Shown: one piece after another, positions 26,412 through 34,961 of the stretch | Layout: each line of letters opens with the position of its first letter | How positions within the stretch are numbered: the stretch's first letter is position 1 | From: Gemmatimonadales bacterium | GTDB lineage: Bacteria; Gemmatimonadota; Gemmatimonadetes; Gemmatimonadales; GWC2-71-9 | DNA: 64,000 nt | Assembly (NCBI GenBank): GCA_036522815.1 | Contig: DATDFC010000119.1 | Span: 2,462 to 66,461 of the forward strand | Direction of reading: 5' to 3' | Position numbers and translations under genes: made by a program | The notes under the pieces: generated by a model | Databases searched by the model: none | What the model saw: only the letters and a program-made list of their open reading frames with translations | Told to the model about the DNA's origin: nothing

Positions 26412-27748
26412 GCGGCTTCGACTTTCGCCGGTATGGCCGACGACACGATCACGCCGGCGCCGAGCGACAGGCCCGGCGCGGTGATCGCGCCCTGCTCGCC
26501 GAAGTACGCTTCTTCGCCGTGCTCGCTCAAATCGAGCCCGCTGAGCTGCTCCTTCACGCCCGCCTTGGCCCCTAACGTGACGTTCACGAGCGTCATGATC
26601 AGCGCCGTGCCCAGCGCGGCGATCGCCACGGCCGCGAGCACCGCCACGAGCTGCACGCCCATCTGGGCGAAGTTTCCGGCGAGCCAGCCGTCGCCGCCTG
26701 CGGGATTCGCCACTTTCGTGGCGAACACGCCCGTCAGGAGCGCCCCGGCCATGCCTGCCAGGCCGTGGCAGGAGAATACGTCCAGGGAATCGTCGAGCCC
26801 GGTGGTGGCGCGGATCTGGATCGCGGTGTAGCTGACGATCACCGCCAGTACGCCCACCGCGATGGACGCCGGCACCGTGATGTAGCCTGCGGCGGGCGTG
26901 ATCCCGACGAGGCCCACCACCAGTCCCGTCGCCGCGCCGACGGCCGTGGCCTTGCCGGTGCGCGCCAGGTCGAGACAGACCCAGGTGACGAGCGCCGCGG
27001 CGGCGGCCGTGTTGGTGTTCGTGAACGCCAGCGCCGCCAACCCGTTGGCCGCGAGCGCCGAGCCGGCGTTGAACCCGAACCAGCCGAACCACAGGAGGCC
27101 CGCGCCCAGGAGCACCAGCGGCACGTTGTGCGGCACGATCGGGGTGCGCTTGAAGTCTTTGCGCGGCCCGAGCATGCGCGCCGCCACCAGGGCAGAGACG
27201 CCGGCACTGATGTGCACCACCGTGCCGCCGGCGAAGTCGAGCGCACCGAGCTTCTGCAGCCATCCGCCCGCCCCCCACACCCAATGCGCCAGCGGGTCAT
27301 AGACGAAGGTGGCCCAGAGCAAAATGAACACGACATAGGCTCGGAAATGCATGCGCTCCACGATCGCGCCCGAGATGAGGGCGGGCGTGATGATTGCGAA
27401 CATCGCCTGGAACATGGCGTGCGCCTGCAGCGGGATCGTGGCCGCGTAGGCCGGATCCGGGTCGAGTCCCACGCCCTTGAATCCCGCCCACGCGAGGCCG
27501 CCCCACCACGGCGTCCCGTGCCCGAAGCCGATCGAGTAGCCCACCAGCACCCATTGCACGCTGATCAATCCCAGCGCGACCATACTCATCATCATGGTGT
27601 TGAGCGCGTTCTTGGGCCGCACCAGGCCGCCGTAGAAGAACGCGAGCCCGACGGTCATCACCATCACCAACGCGGTGGAGGTGAGCACCCAAGCGGTGTC
27701 ACCCGCCGAGACGGCGGCGGCGTCGGCCAGCAGGGGGGCGGTGATCAT
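26408..27748 (-). CDS. amtB: ammonium transporter (Amt family)
   Basis: ORF trimmed to MITAPLLADAAAVSAGDTAWVL. The ATG overlaps the glnK stop (ATGA). Amt signatures are FAGGTVVHISAG and GVDDSLDVFSCHG. Confidence 0.9.
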   Translation of the reverse strand: MITAPLLADAAAVSAGDTAWVLTSTALVMVMTVGLAFFYGGLVRPKNALNTMMMSMVALGLISVQWVLVGYSIGFGHGTPWWGGLAWAGFKGVGLDPDPAYAATIPLQAHAMFQAMFAIITPALISGAIVERMHFRAYVVFILLWATFVYDPLAHWVWGAGGWLQKLGALDFAGGTVVHISAGVSALVAARMLGPRKDFKRTPIVPHNVPLVLLGAGLLWFGWFGFNAGSALAANGLAALAFTNTNTAAAAALVTWVCLDLARTGKATAVGAATGLVVGLVGITPAAGYITVPASIAVGVLAVIVSYTAIQIRATTGLDDSLDVFSCHGLAGMAGALLTGVFATKVANPAGGDGWLAGNFAQMGVQLVAVLAAVAIAALGTALIMTLVNVTLGAKAGVKEQLSGLDLSEHGEEAYFGEQGAITAPGLSLGAGVIVSSAIPAKVEAA

Positions 27749-28167
27749 TCGTCCTCCTCGCCGGCGACGGCGCCGGCGTGCTGCGCGCTCTCGAGCGCGG
27801 CTCGTTGCACCTGATCCGCGTTCACCGCCGTGAGCGCTGCGTTGTCGGCTTCCCCCGTGCGGATGCGGATCACCCGCTCGATGGGCTGCACGAAGATCTT
27901 GCCGTCGCCGACTTCGCCGGTGCGGGCGGAAGAGAGGATGGCCTTGATACACGGCTCCACGAACGGCTCGGAGCAGACCATCTCGATCTTCACCTTTTCC
28001 TGGAATTCCATGACGACGGTGGTGCCGCGGTATTGCTCGATGACTTCCTGCTCGCCCCCGTGACCCGACACGCGGCTCAGTGTGATCCCGGTGACGCCGG
28101 CCCGGAACAGCGCCGCCTTGACCTCCGGTAGGCGCTCGGGCCGCACGATGGTGGTGATGAGTTTCAT
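27745..28167 (-). CDS. glnK: P-II nitrogen regulatory protein with 28-aa C-terminal extension
   Basis: MKLITTIVRPERLPEVKAAL..., a T-loop region YRG, and GDGKIFV. Linked to amt. 140 aa versus the usual ~112. Confidence 0.9.
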   Translation of the reverse strand: MKLITTIVRPERLPEVKAALFRAGVTGITLSRVSGHGGEQEVIEQYRGTTVVMEFQEKVKIEMVCSEPFVEPCIKAILSSARTGEVGDGKIFVQPIERVIRIRTGEADNAALTAVNADQVQRAALESAQHAGAVAGEEDE

Positions 28168-28205
28168 AACGGACAAACTATCCCCCGTCGATCATGGTGT
28201 CAATC

Positions 28206-28230
28206 GATTTGTGCATGGAATGCACAAATC
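28206..28230. promoter_or_regulatory. perfect 11-bp-arm palindrome GATTTGTGCAT-GGA-ATGCACAAATC upstream of glnK-amt
   Basis: Read directly from the sequence. It lies 39-63 nt upstream of the glnK start, in a locally AT-richer intergenic region. Confidence 0.4.
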
Positions 28231-28459
28231 TCATGTCAGCCAGCAGAGCCTTATTCATAGCACATTGCGTGCCGTCCAGGTTTTCTGGCATGTCATACCG
28301 GCTCATGCTGCCGCTGCGCAACGACCATCCCTGCCGCAGTTACCCGCGGCGATGGTCGCCTGACCCCGTCCGGGGACAAGCGTACCTGCGGAGTCATGCT
28401 CAGGTCGGTCGGCACGGAAGTCGCCTAACCCCGGGCGTCACCGAACGGGGAAGGTTTCC

Positions 28460-29038
28460 ATGTCGACAGCAACGCGAGTCGCGGTCCTGCTGGCGGGGTT
28501 ATGCGCCGCGGCGCCCGCGGCCCGCGCGCAGTACCCGCAGCGGCGCGACGGGTTCTGGATCGGGTTCGGGCTGGGCTACGGGTCGTCCCAGGTCACGTGC
28601 GACAGCTGCAGGCGGGTGTCGCGCCAGGGTGGCGTCACCGGGTTTCTGAAGCTGGGCGGGGCGCCCAGCCGTAACCTGCTCATCGGGGCCGCGCTCAACG
28701 GCTGGGCCCATTCCGACGGCAGTGCCACGGAGTCGATGGCGAACGTCACCGCATCACTCTACCTCTACCCCCGGCGCCGCAGCGGCTTCTTCGTCACCGG
28801 CGGGGTGGGGCTCTCCGGCTACCACATCAATTCCACGCCCGCGTGGGACGGCACGGGATGGGGATGGACGGCCGGCGCCGGATACGATGTCCGCTTCGGG
28901 CGCGACGTCTCGCTCACTCCGGTCGTCAACTACACGTGGGGCGACGTAGGCGACGTGAACATCGGTAGCTCCGGCGCTGTGTTCACCGGCTGGCGGCAGA
29001 ACGTGCTCGACGTCGGGTTGGGTGTGACCTTCCATTAG
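28460..29038 (+). CDS. small outer-membrane beta-barrel protein (OmpW/porin-like)
   Basis: Signal peptide ending AAPAARAQ. Alternating aromatic/Gly beta-strand pattern. C-terminal ...LGVTFH. Confidence 0.6.
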   Translation: MSTATRVAVLLAGLCAAAPAARAQYPQRRDGFWIGFGLGYGSSQVTCDSCRRVSRQGGVTGFLKLGGAPSRNLLIGAALNGWAHSDGSATESMANVTASLYLYPRRRSGFFVTGGVGLSGYHINSTPAWDGTGWGWTAGAGYDVRFGRDVSLTPVVNYTWGDVGDVNIGSSGAVFTGWRQNVLDVGLGVTFH

Positions 29039-29492
29039 GCCGGGACTGGAGCTCGGCCGCTCCCTTGCCGAGGGCACGGAGCAGGCGCACGGCCTGCGCC
29101 TGCTGCCGCGCCGGCAGGGCGGCCACGGCGCGCCGCATCGCGTCCGCGTGCAATGGAAAGATCCGCTCGATGACGCGCCGACCCGCCTGGGTCAGGGCGA
29201 CCAGGACTACCCGGCGGTCGTGGGAGGAATGCCGGCGGCGCACCAGGCCCCGGGTCACGAGCTTGTCCACGACGTACGTCGTGCTCGACGACTCGACCAG
29301 GATGCGGCGCTGCACGTCGCACACGGCCAGCTCTCCCTTGTGGTACAGGACTTCCAGCACCCCAAACTCCGTCGTGCCCAATCCGAAACGAGCGATGCTC
29401 GAGCGGGAATGATGGTCCACGGCATCGAACGCGCGGGCCAGGACGACCCACAGCTTCAGGGCGATGTCGTGCGGCTGCGACGGTGGTGGCAT
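28983..29492 (-). CDS. MarR-family transcriptional regulator
   Basis: Winged-helix pattern LGTTEFGVLEVLYHKGELAVCDVQRRILVESSSTTYVVDKLVTRGLVRR..DRRVV. Confidence 0.8.
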   Translation of the reverse strand: MPPPSQPHDIALKLWVVLARAFDAVDHHSRSSIARFGLGTTEFGVLEVLYHKGELAVCDVQRRILVESSSTTYVVDKLVTRGLVRRRHSSHDRRVVLVALTQAGRRVIERIFPLHADAMRRAVAALPARQQAQAVRLLRALGKGAAELQSRPNGRSHPTRRRARSAASR

Positions 29493-29548
29493 CTCGCCTC
29501 GGGAACCGAGAAACGCGTCGTCGTGTTCCCAGATCGGTAGACGTAGAG

Positions 29549-29566
29549 TATCTCGATATCGAGATA
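29549..29566. promoter_or_regulatory. perfect 18-bp palindrome TATCTCGATATCGAGATA in the marR/doxX divergent region (candidate MarR operator)
   Basis: Self-complementary over all 18 nt. It lies between the marR start (29492) and the doxX start (29589). Confidence 0.5.
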
Positions 29567-29588
29567 ATGTCCACAGGAGGATGCCACA

Positions 29589-29999
29589 ATGCTAGGGGAT
29601 CTGGGATTACTGCTGCTGCGACTGACGCTGGGGACGGTGTTCCTGGCGCACGGGGCGCAGAAGGCGTTCGGGTCGTTCGGCGGGCCGGGGTTCGAGGGCG
29701 CCACGGGCTTCATCGGGAGCATGGGGTTCCGACCGGCGCGCGCATGGGCGGCGCTGGCGGTGGGGGGGGAGCTCGTCGCCGGGGTACTGTTCGTGCTCGG
29801 TCTCCTCACACCGCTCGCCGGACTGCTGGTGCTCGCCACGATGGCCGTCGCGATCGCCAAGGTGCACGGGCCGAAGGGCTTTTTCGTGCAGAACGGTGGC
29901 TTCGAGTACAACCTGGTGCTGATCATCGCAGCGGTGGCGCTGGCCGCCGTCGGACCGGGAGCCTTCTCACTGGACCATCTGCTGGGGCTCGCGCGCTAA
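29589..29999 (+). CDS. DoxX-family membrane protein
   Basis: LLLLRLTLGTVFLAHGAQKAFG... and four TM segments. GGAGG RBS. Confidence 0.85.
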   Translation: MLGDLGLLLLRLTLGTVFLAHGAQKAFGSFGGPGFEGATGFIGSMGFRPARAWAALAVGGELVAGVLFVLGLLTPLAGLLVLATMAVAIAKVHGPKGFFVQNGGFEYNLVLIIAAVALAAVGPGAFSLDHLLGLAR

Positions 30000-30128
30000 G
30001 CCCGGCGATTCCATAGATTCCGCCGTCGCGTTCAGGGGCGGGGGAATCTGGAGACACTGGTCCCGAAGCTCTTCACCACGCTCAAGGGGTACACTCGCGG
30101 GCAGTTCGTCACCGACCTGACCGCGGGC

Positions 30129-31769
30129 GTGATCGTGGGGATCGTGGCCCTGCCGCTGGCGATCGCCTTCGCCATCGCCAGCGGTGTGAGCCCCGAGCGC
30201 GGCCTGTTCACCGCGATCGTCGCGGGCTTCCTCATCTCCGCCTTGGGCGGCTCGCGCGTGCAGATCGGCGGGCCCACGGGCGCGTTCGTGGTGATCGTCT
30301 ACGCCATCGTGCAGCGGCACGGCGTGGAGGGCCTCGCCATGGCGACGCTCATGGCGGGGATCATCCTGGTGGCGTTCGGCCTCGCCCGCCTCGGCGCGGC
30401 CATCAAGTTCATCCCCTATCCCGTCACCATCGGATTCACGAGCGGGATCGCCCTGATCATCCTGTCGGGCGAGGTGAAGGATTTCCTGGGACTGAAGATG
30501 GGCCCCGTGCCCGCCGAGTTCGTGGCGCGCTGGCGCACGTTCGCGGCGCACCTCGACTCGCTCAACCTCTGGGCGGTGACCGTCGGCGCGGTCACCGTGG
30601 CCATCATCGTTCTGTGGCCCCGCTTCAACCGGCGCATTCCCAGTCCGTTCGTCGCGCTCATCGTCACGACGGCGGCGGTGCAGCTCGGGCACCTGCCCGT
30701 CGACACGATCGGCAGCCGCTTCGGCGTGATCAACGCGGTGCTCCCGGCTCCGTCGCTTCCCGCGGTCACCTTCCGGCAGATGCCGGGCCTCGCCGGCGCG
30801 GCCTTCACGATCGCCCTGCTCGGCGCCGTCGAGTCGCTGCTCTCGGCCGTGGTGGCGGACGGGATGATCGGGGGACGCCACCGCTCGAACATGGAGCTCG
30901 TGGCGCAAGGGATCGCCAACATCGCGTCGCCGCTGTTCGGCGGCATCCCGGCCACGGGAGCGATCGCCCGCACCGCGACGAACGTGAAGAACGGCGGCCG
31001 CACGCCCGTTGCGGGCATCACGCACGCGGTCACTCTGCTCCTGATCGCGCTGTTCTTCGGTCGCTGGGCCGGCCTGATCCCCATGGCCACGCTGGCGGGG
31101 ATTCTCGTCGTCGTCGCCTACAGCATGAGCGAGTGGCGCACGTTCGTGGCCGAGTTCCGGGCGCCGAAGAGCGACGTGGCCGTGCTCGTCACTACGTTCC
31201 TGCTCACCGTGCTGTGGGACCTGACGGTCGCGATCGAGGTCGGGATGGTGCTGGCGGCCTTCCTGTTCATGCGGCGCATGGCGGAGGTGACCAATGTCAG
31301 CGCCTTGACGCACGAGCTGCAGGACCCGAAGGACGATTTCGAGAGCGATCCCAACGCGGTGCGGCGGCGCGTGGTGCCGCCCGGCGTCGAGGTGTACGAG
31401 ATCACCGGGCCGTTCTTCTTCGGGGCGGCGGAAACCTTCAAGGAGCGCCTGGGCCGCATCGCGCTGCGGCCCAAGGTGCTGATCCTGCGGATGCGCCACG
31501 TGCCGGCGATCGATTCCACCGGGCTGCACGCCCTGCGCGACCTGGTGCGCCGCAGCCGTCAGAGCGGTACGCTGGTGCTGCTTTCGGACGTGCACGCGCA
31601 GCCCGTGGTGGCGCTCGAGCGCTCCGGCCTGTACGACGAGCTGGGCGAGGAAAACGTACACGGCAACATCGACGACGCGCTCAACCGGGCGCGCCAGCAC
31701 CTGGGGCTCGCCATCGAGCCGCGTCCCGGGTTCGCGACGCCGACTGTGGCGCGCGAGGGCAAGGCCTGA
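30129..31769 (+). CDS. SulP-family anion permease with C-terminal STAS domain (true start probably upstream, see findings)
   Basis: VALPLAIAFAIASG, the GGIPATGAIARTA motif, and a STAS end (VYEITGPFFFGAA...LRMRHVPAIDSTG). The in-frame sequence 30048-30128 encodes a conserved-looking N-terminus without a canonical start codon. Confidence 0.85.
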   Translation: MIVGIVALPLAIAFAIASGVSPERGLFTAIVAGFLISALGGSRVQIGGPTGAFVVIVYAIVQRHGVEGLAMATLMAGIILVAFGLARLGAAIKFIPYPVTIGFTSGIALIILSGEVKDFLGLKMGPVPAEFVARWRTFAAHLDSLNLWAVTVGAVTVAIIVLWPRFNRRIPSPFVALIVTTAAVQLGHLPVDTIGSRFGVINAVLPAPSLPAVTFRQMPGLAGAAFTIALLGAVESLLSAVVADGMIGGRHRSNMELVAQGIANIASPLFGGIPATGAIARTATNVKNGGRTPVAGITHAVTLLLIALFFGRWAGLIPMATLAGILVVVAYSMSEWRTFVAEFRAPKSDVAVLVTTFLLTVLWDLTVAIEVGMVLAAFLFMRRMAEVTNVSALTHELQDPKDDFESDPNAVRRRVVPPGVEVYEITGPFFFGAAETFKERLGRIALRPKVLILRMRHVPAIDSTGLHALRDLVRRSRQSGTLVLLSDVHAQPVVALERSGLYDELGEENVHGNIDDALNRARQHLGLAIEPRPGFATPTVAREGKA

Positions 31770-31778
31770 GCGGGCGCG

Positions 31779-32705
31779 CTACGCCTGGGTCGTGCAGGTG
31801 GCGGGGGACGGCCAGACCATCGCACTGTGACGCGCGCTCACCGGCTCGGTTGCCCGAGCGGGCGCGGGAATCACGAGCAGCGAAGTGGGCAGATGATTGA
31901 GCAGCCGCTCCGTCACGCTCCCCAGCAGCAGGCGCTCGGCCCATCCCTTGCTGTGCGAGCCCACTACCAGCAGATCCGCGCTCCACTCGGACGCTTCCCG
32001 CACGATGGTCTCGACGGCCAAGCCGTAGCGCACGACCTTGTCCGCCCCTGGGGTCCGCACCAGCGACCAGATTTCACGTTGCAGCAGCTCCTCCGACAGA
32101 GCGTAGAACTCGCTCGCGTCGTACGGAGGCGTCACGTTCGGGATGACCGGGAGCGGCTCGAGCACGCTGACCACTCGGAGCTCGGCTCCGAGCATCGTGG
32201 CGTAGCGCTCCGCTGCCGCGATCGTCGGGCGGGCTGCGCCCGAGATGTCGACGGCGGCCAGGACTCGCCGAATGGCGGTGGGGCCGGCGGTGACGAGCAG
32301 CGGCACCTCGGTCGTGCGCGCGACGTCGAGACTGGTGCTGCCGCCGATCCAGCGGCCCAGGGCGGAGTGGTGCTTGCCGCCCAGGACGATCAGCTCCGCT
32401 CCGAGCTCGGCGACGCTCTGCTTGAGGACGCCCGGTGTTGGGCCGAGCCGTACGGTGAGCGTGTCGAGGAGCTGCGGGGGCAGAGCGTCCGCGAGCGTCG
32501 TTATAACCAGGGCGCGCGCATGCTGCGCCAACGCCTCCCGGTAGTGGGCGCTCTCAGGCACCTCCGGAGCGACCAGCGCGTCGCTGGTCGCATGTATCAG
32601 CCGGCACGTCGCGCCGGCGCGGGCGGCTAGCCGACTCGCGAACGTCGCCGCGTCCACGGCTTGGGGCGAGGCATCGACGCCTACGATGATGGGTTTCCAC
32701 GACAT
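31779..32705 (-). CDS. universal stress protein, tandem Usp domains
   Basis: MSWKPIIVGVDAS... is the first domain and RRVLAAVDISG...LLVVGSHSKG the second. I prefer ATG 32705 (GGAG upstream) over GTG 32711. Confidence 0.8.
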   Translation of the reverse strand: MSWKPIIVGVDASPQAVDAATFASRLAARAGATCRLIHATSDALVAPEVPESAHYREALAQHARALVITTLADALPPQLLDTLTVRLGPTPGVLKQSVAELGAELIVLGGKHHSALGRWIGGSTSLDVARTTEVPLLVTAGPTAIRRVLAAVDISGAARPTIAAAERYATMLGAELRVVSVLEPLPVIPNVTPPYDASEFYALSEELLQREIWSLVRTPGADKVVRYGLAVETIVREASEWSADLLVVGSHSKGWAERLLLGSVTERLLNHLPTSLLVIPAPARATEPVSARHSAMVWPSPATCTTQA

Positions 32706-32782
32706 AGCCACTCCGGGTGGTCGCTCGCTGAGAACGATGGCGCCCGTCTTCTGAAGCCAGTGTGAGGCCGCGTGGAGCGCTG

Positions 32783-32807
32783 CTTCACATCTGAAGTTTC
32801 CTTCACA
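32783..32807. promoter_or_regulatory. array of alternating half-sites CTTCA-N4-TGAAG-N4-CTTCA upstream of the nirK-like gene
   Basis: Sequence CTTCAcatcTGAAGtttcCTTCAca lies 80-104 nt upstream of ATG 32887. A related perfect palindrome is at 38645-38658. Confidence 0.35.
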
Positions 32808-32886
32808 CCGTTTTCATGAGGCCGCCGACGGCGCCGGGCTAGACTGGCCTGAAACCCGATCCATCCACATCGACAGGGAGCACGTT

Positions 32887-33894
32887 ATGCACGGGAAGGT
32901 CCTCGGTATCGTCATCGTCGCTGTCGCGCTCGCCACTACGGCGGCGGTGCAGCTGTCGTGGTCCCCGGAGGTCCAGGTGACGGACTTCGGCTCGGCGACC
33001 GCGCCCAGGAGCCCGACCTATCCCGCCCAGCTGGCCCCGGTGTCGGCCGCCGCGGTCAAGGAATTCCGCATTCCAATCCGTGACGCCACAATCGAGATCG
33101 CCAAGGGCGTGACGTATACGGGCTGGACGTTCGGCGGCAACGCGCCGGGCCCCGTCGTCCGGGTGCGCCAGGGCGACCTGGTACGGATCAAGCTGGTGAA
33201 CGAAGCCTCGATGCCGCATTCGATCGACTTCCACGCGGCCCGCATCCCGATGAACAAGGCGTTCCGGACCATCCTGCCCAAGGACTCGCTCTCCTTCGAG
33301 TTCACGCCGCGCGATCCGGGCGCATATCTGGTGCACTGTGGCACGCCGCCGGTGCTGCTCCACCTGATGCAGGGCATGTATCTGCCGATCATCGTGGACC
33401 CCAAGGGGGGCTGGCCGGTCAAGGTGCAGAAAGAGTTTGTGATCGTGCAGAGCGAGTTCTACGTCCAGGGAGGCGACAGCGCGTTGCCGGGGCAGGCCAA
33501 CTGGCAGCGGGCGCTGGACCGTCAGGCGAGCTACGTCGTGTTCAACGGCCGGGCGTTCCAGTACCAGGAGCATCCGCTCCACGTCGACGTGGGCGACCGG
33601 GTGCGGCTGTTCGTCGTGAACGCCGGCCCGAGCTTCACGAGCGACTTTCACATCGTGGGCACGGTGTTCGACAATGTGTACCCCGACGGCGATCCGCGGC
33701 ATCCGCTGCACAGCGTTCAGACGTGGGGAGTCCCGGCGGGCGGTGGGGCGGTGTTCGAGACGGTGTTCGACCAGGCGGCGAGCGGCGAAGGGACCTACGC
33801 GTTCGTGACGCACGCGTTCGCCGATGCGGCCAAGGGAGCGGTCGGCCTGATCCAGGTGGGCGCGCCGCAGCAGGTGGCGGGGATGGGGCACTAG
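32887..33894 (+). CDS. nirK: copper-containing nitrite reductase-like two-domain cupredoxin protein (NirK-type ligand set)
   Basis: N-terminal TM/signal. HSIDFH (type-1 His, catalytic Asp, type-2 His). VHCGTPPVLLHLMQGM (His-Cys...His...Met). A C-terminal THAF His is present. The ligand pattern was read by eye, so the assignment to NirK rather than another multicopper oxidase is tentative. Confidence 0.6.
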   Translation: MHGKVLGIVIVAVALATTAAVQLSWSPEVQVTDFGSATAPRSPTYPAQLAPVSAAAVKEFRIPIRDATIEIAKGVTYTGWTFGGNAPGPVVRVRQGDLVRIKLVNEASMPHSIDFHAARIPMNKAFRTILPKDSLSFEFTPRDPGAYLVHCGTPPVLLHLMQGMYLPIIVDPKGGWPVKVQKEFVIVQSEFYVQGGDSALPGQANWQRALDRQASYVVFNGRAFQYQEHPLHVDVGDRVRLFVVNAGPSFTSDFHIVGTVFDNVYPDGDPRHPLHSVQTWGVPAGGGAVFETVFDQAASGEGTYAFVTHAFADAAKGAVGLIQVGAPQQVAGMGH

Positions 33895-33905
33895 GGGGCG
33901 GCACG

Positions 33906-34961
33906 ATGACGACCGCGCGGCTGACGTTCGATGAAGCGCCGCTGCGCGTCTACTGGGAGCTAACGCGGGCGTGCGACCTCGCCTGCCGCCACTGCCGGGC
34001 CGAGGCGGTCAGCCGCCGGCATCGGGAAGAGCTGACCACGGTCGAAGGACTGCACCTGCTCGAGCGCCTCGCCGCGTTCGGCCTGCCCAGGCCCCATCTC
34101 GTCCTGACTGGCGGCGACCCGCTCAAACGGCCGGACCTGTGGGTGCTGATCGCGGCGGCGTGGGCGCTCGAGCTGCCGGTGTCGGTGGCGCCGAGCGCAA
34201 CCCCGCTGCTCGAGCCCGAGGAGATTCGCTGTCTCAAGGAGGCGGGCGTGGAGGCGATCTCGCTCTCGCTCGACGGCGCCACGCCCGCCCGCCACGACGC
34301 GCTGCGCGGCGTCGGCGGCACGTTCGAGCGGACGCTCGAGGCCGCGTCCGCGGCCCGGCAGGCGGGTCTTCCCTTCCAGATCAACACGCTGGTCGCGGCG
34401 GAAACACTCGACGACCTGGGGGCGATCTACCTGCTCGCGAGCGAGCTCGGTGCGGCGCGCTGGAGCCTGTTCTTCCTCGTGTCGGTGGGGCGTGGGACGC
34501 TGCTCGAGCAGATCCGGCCGGCGGAAGCCGAAAACGTGATGCGCTGGCTGGCCGAGCTGGCGGGCCAACGGGGCGGCCCGGTCGTGACCACAACCGAAGC
34601 CCCCCACTTTCGGCGCGTGATGCTGCAACGCCACCGCGGCGCCGCCCGCGGGCATGGCGCGGGCGTACGCGACGGCAACGGCATCATGTTCATCTCCCAC
34701 ACCGGAGAGGTGCAGCCATCCGGCTTCCTGCCGCTGACCGGGGGGAACGTGCGCACCGACGATGTCGTAGCGATCTACCGCGACTCGCCGCTGTTCCGCC
34801 GCTTGCGACGGCCCGCGCTCTTCACGGGGCGTTGCGGGCGCTGCGAATTCCAGTCCGTGTGCGGTGGCTCGCGCGCCCGCGCGTATGCGGCGAGCGGCGA
34901 TCCGTTCACAGAGGATCCCTTGTGCCCCTACGAGCCGCGCAGAGCAGCCGTGCGCGCATGA
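33906..34961 (+). CDS. radical SAM/SPASM-domain protein (NirJ/AhbD/PqqE-like)
   Basis: ORF trimmed to MTTARLTF. CDLACRHC (CxxxCxxC) cluster motif. C-terminal Cys-rich SPASM region CGRCEFQSVCGGSRARA...CPY. Confidence 0.85.
   Translation: MTTARLTFDEAPLRVYWELTRACDLACRHCRAEAVSRRHREELTTVEGLHLLERLAAFGLPRPHLVLTGGDPLKRPDLWVLIAAAWALELPVSVAPSATPLLEPEEIRCLKEAGVEAISLSLDGATPARHDALRGVGGTFERTLEAASAARQAGLPFQINTLVAAETLDDLGAIYLLASELGAARWSLFFLVSVGRGTLLEQIRPAEAENVMRWLAELAGQRGGPVVTTTEAPHFRRVMLQRHRGAARGHGAGVRDGNGIMFISHTGEVQPSGFLPLTGGNVRTDDVVAIYRDSPLFRRLRRPALFTGRCGRCEFQSVCGGSRARAYAASGDPFTEDPLCPYEPRRAAVRA

Noticed and set aside
28983-29038. Convergent 3' overlaps of gene pairs (28983-29038, 20589-20603, 49848-49918, 56922-56962) as possible antisense regulation
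   Set aside because: Such short convergent overlaps are common in compact high-GC genomes, and the ends of these ORFs are low-information tails. There is no additional sequence evidence for function.
29967-31700. 577-aa minus-strand ORF opposite the SulP permease
   Set aside because: Arg/Asp/His/Glu-rich low-complexity translation with no motifs. The plus-strand frame gives a complete SulP plus STAS protein.
32761-32789. CRP-like TGTGA...TCACA pair upstream of the nirK-like gene
   Set aside because: The two pentamers are 19 nt apart rather than the 6 nt of a CRP site. The adjacent CTTCA/TGAAG array is the better-supported pattern.
33971-34957. Long N-terminal extension of the MbfA-like ORF (704-aa version) and similar extensions of the susC, amt, cbaA, vWA, kinase and RidA ORFs
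   Set aside because: The extensions overlap well-supported upstream genes in another frame and are Arg/Pro-rich. They are replaced by internal starts that have RBSs or ATGA/GTGA stop-start overlaps and yield canonical N-termini.
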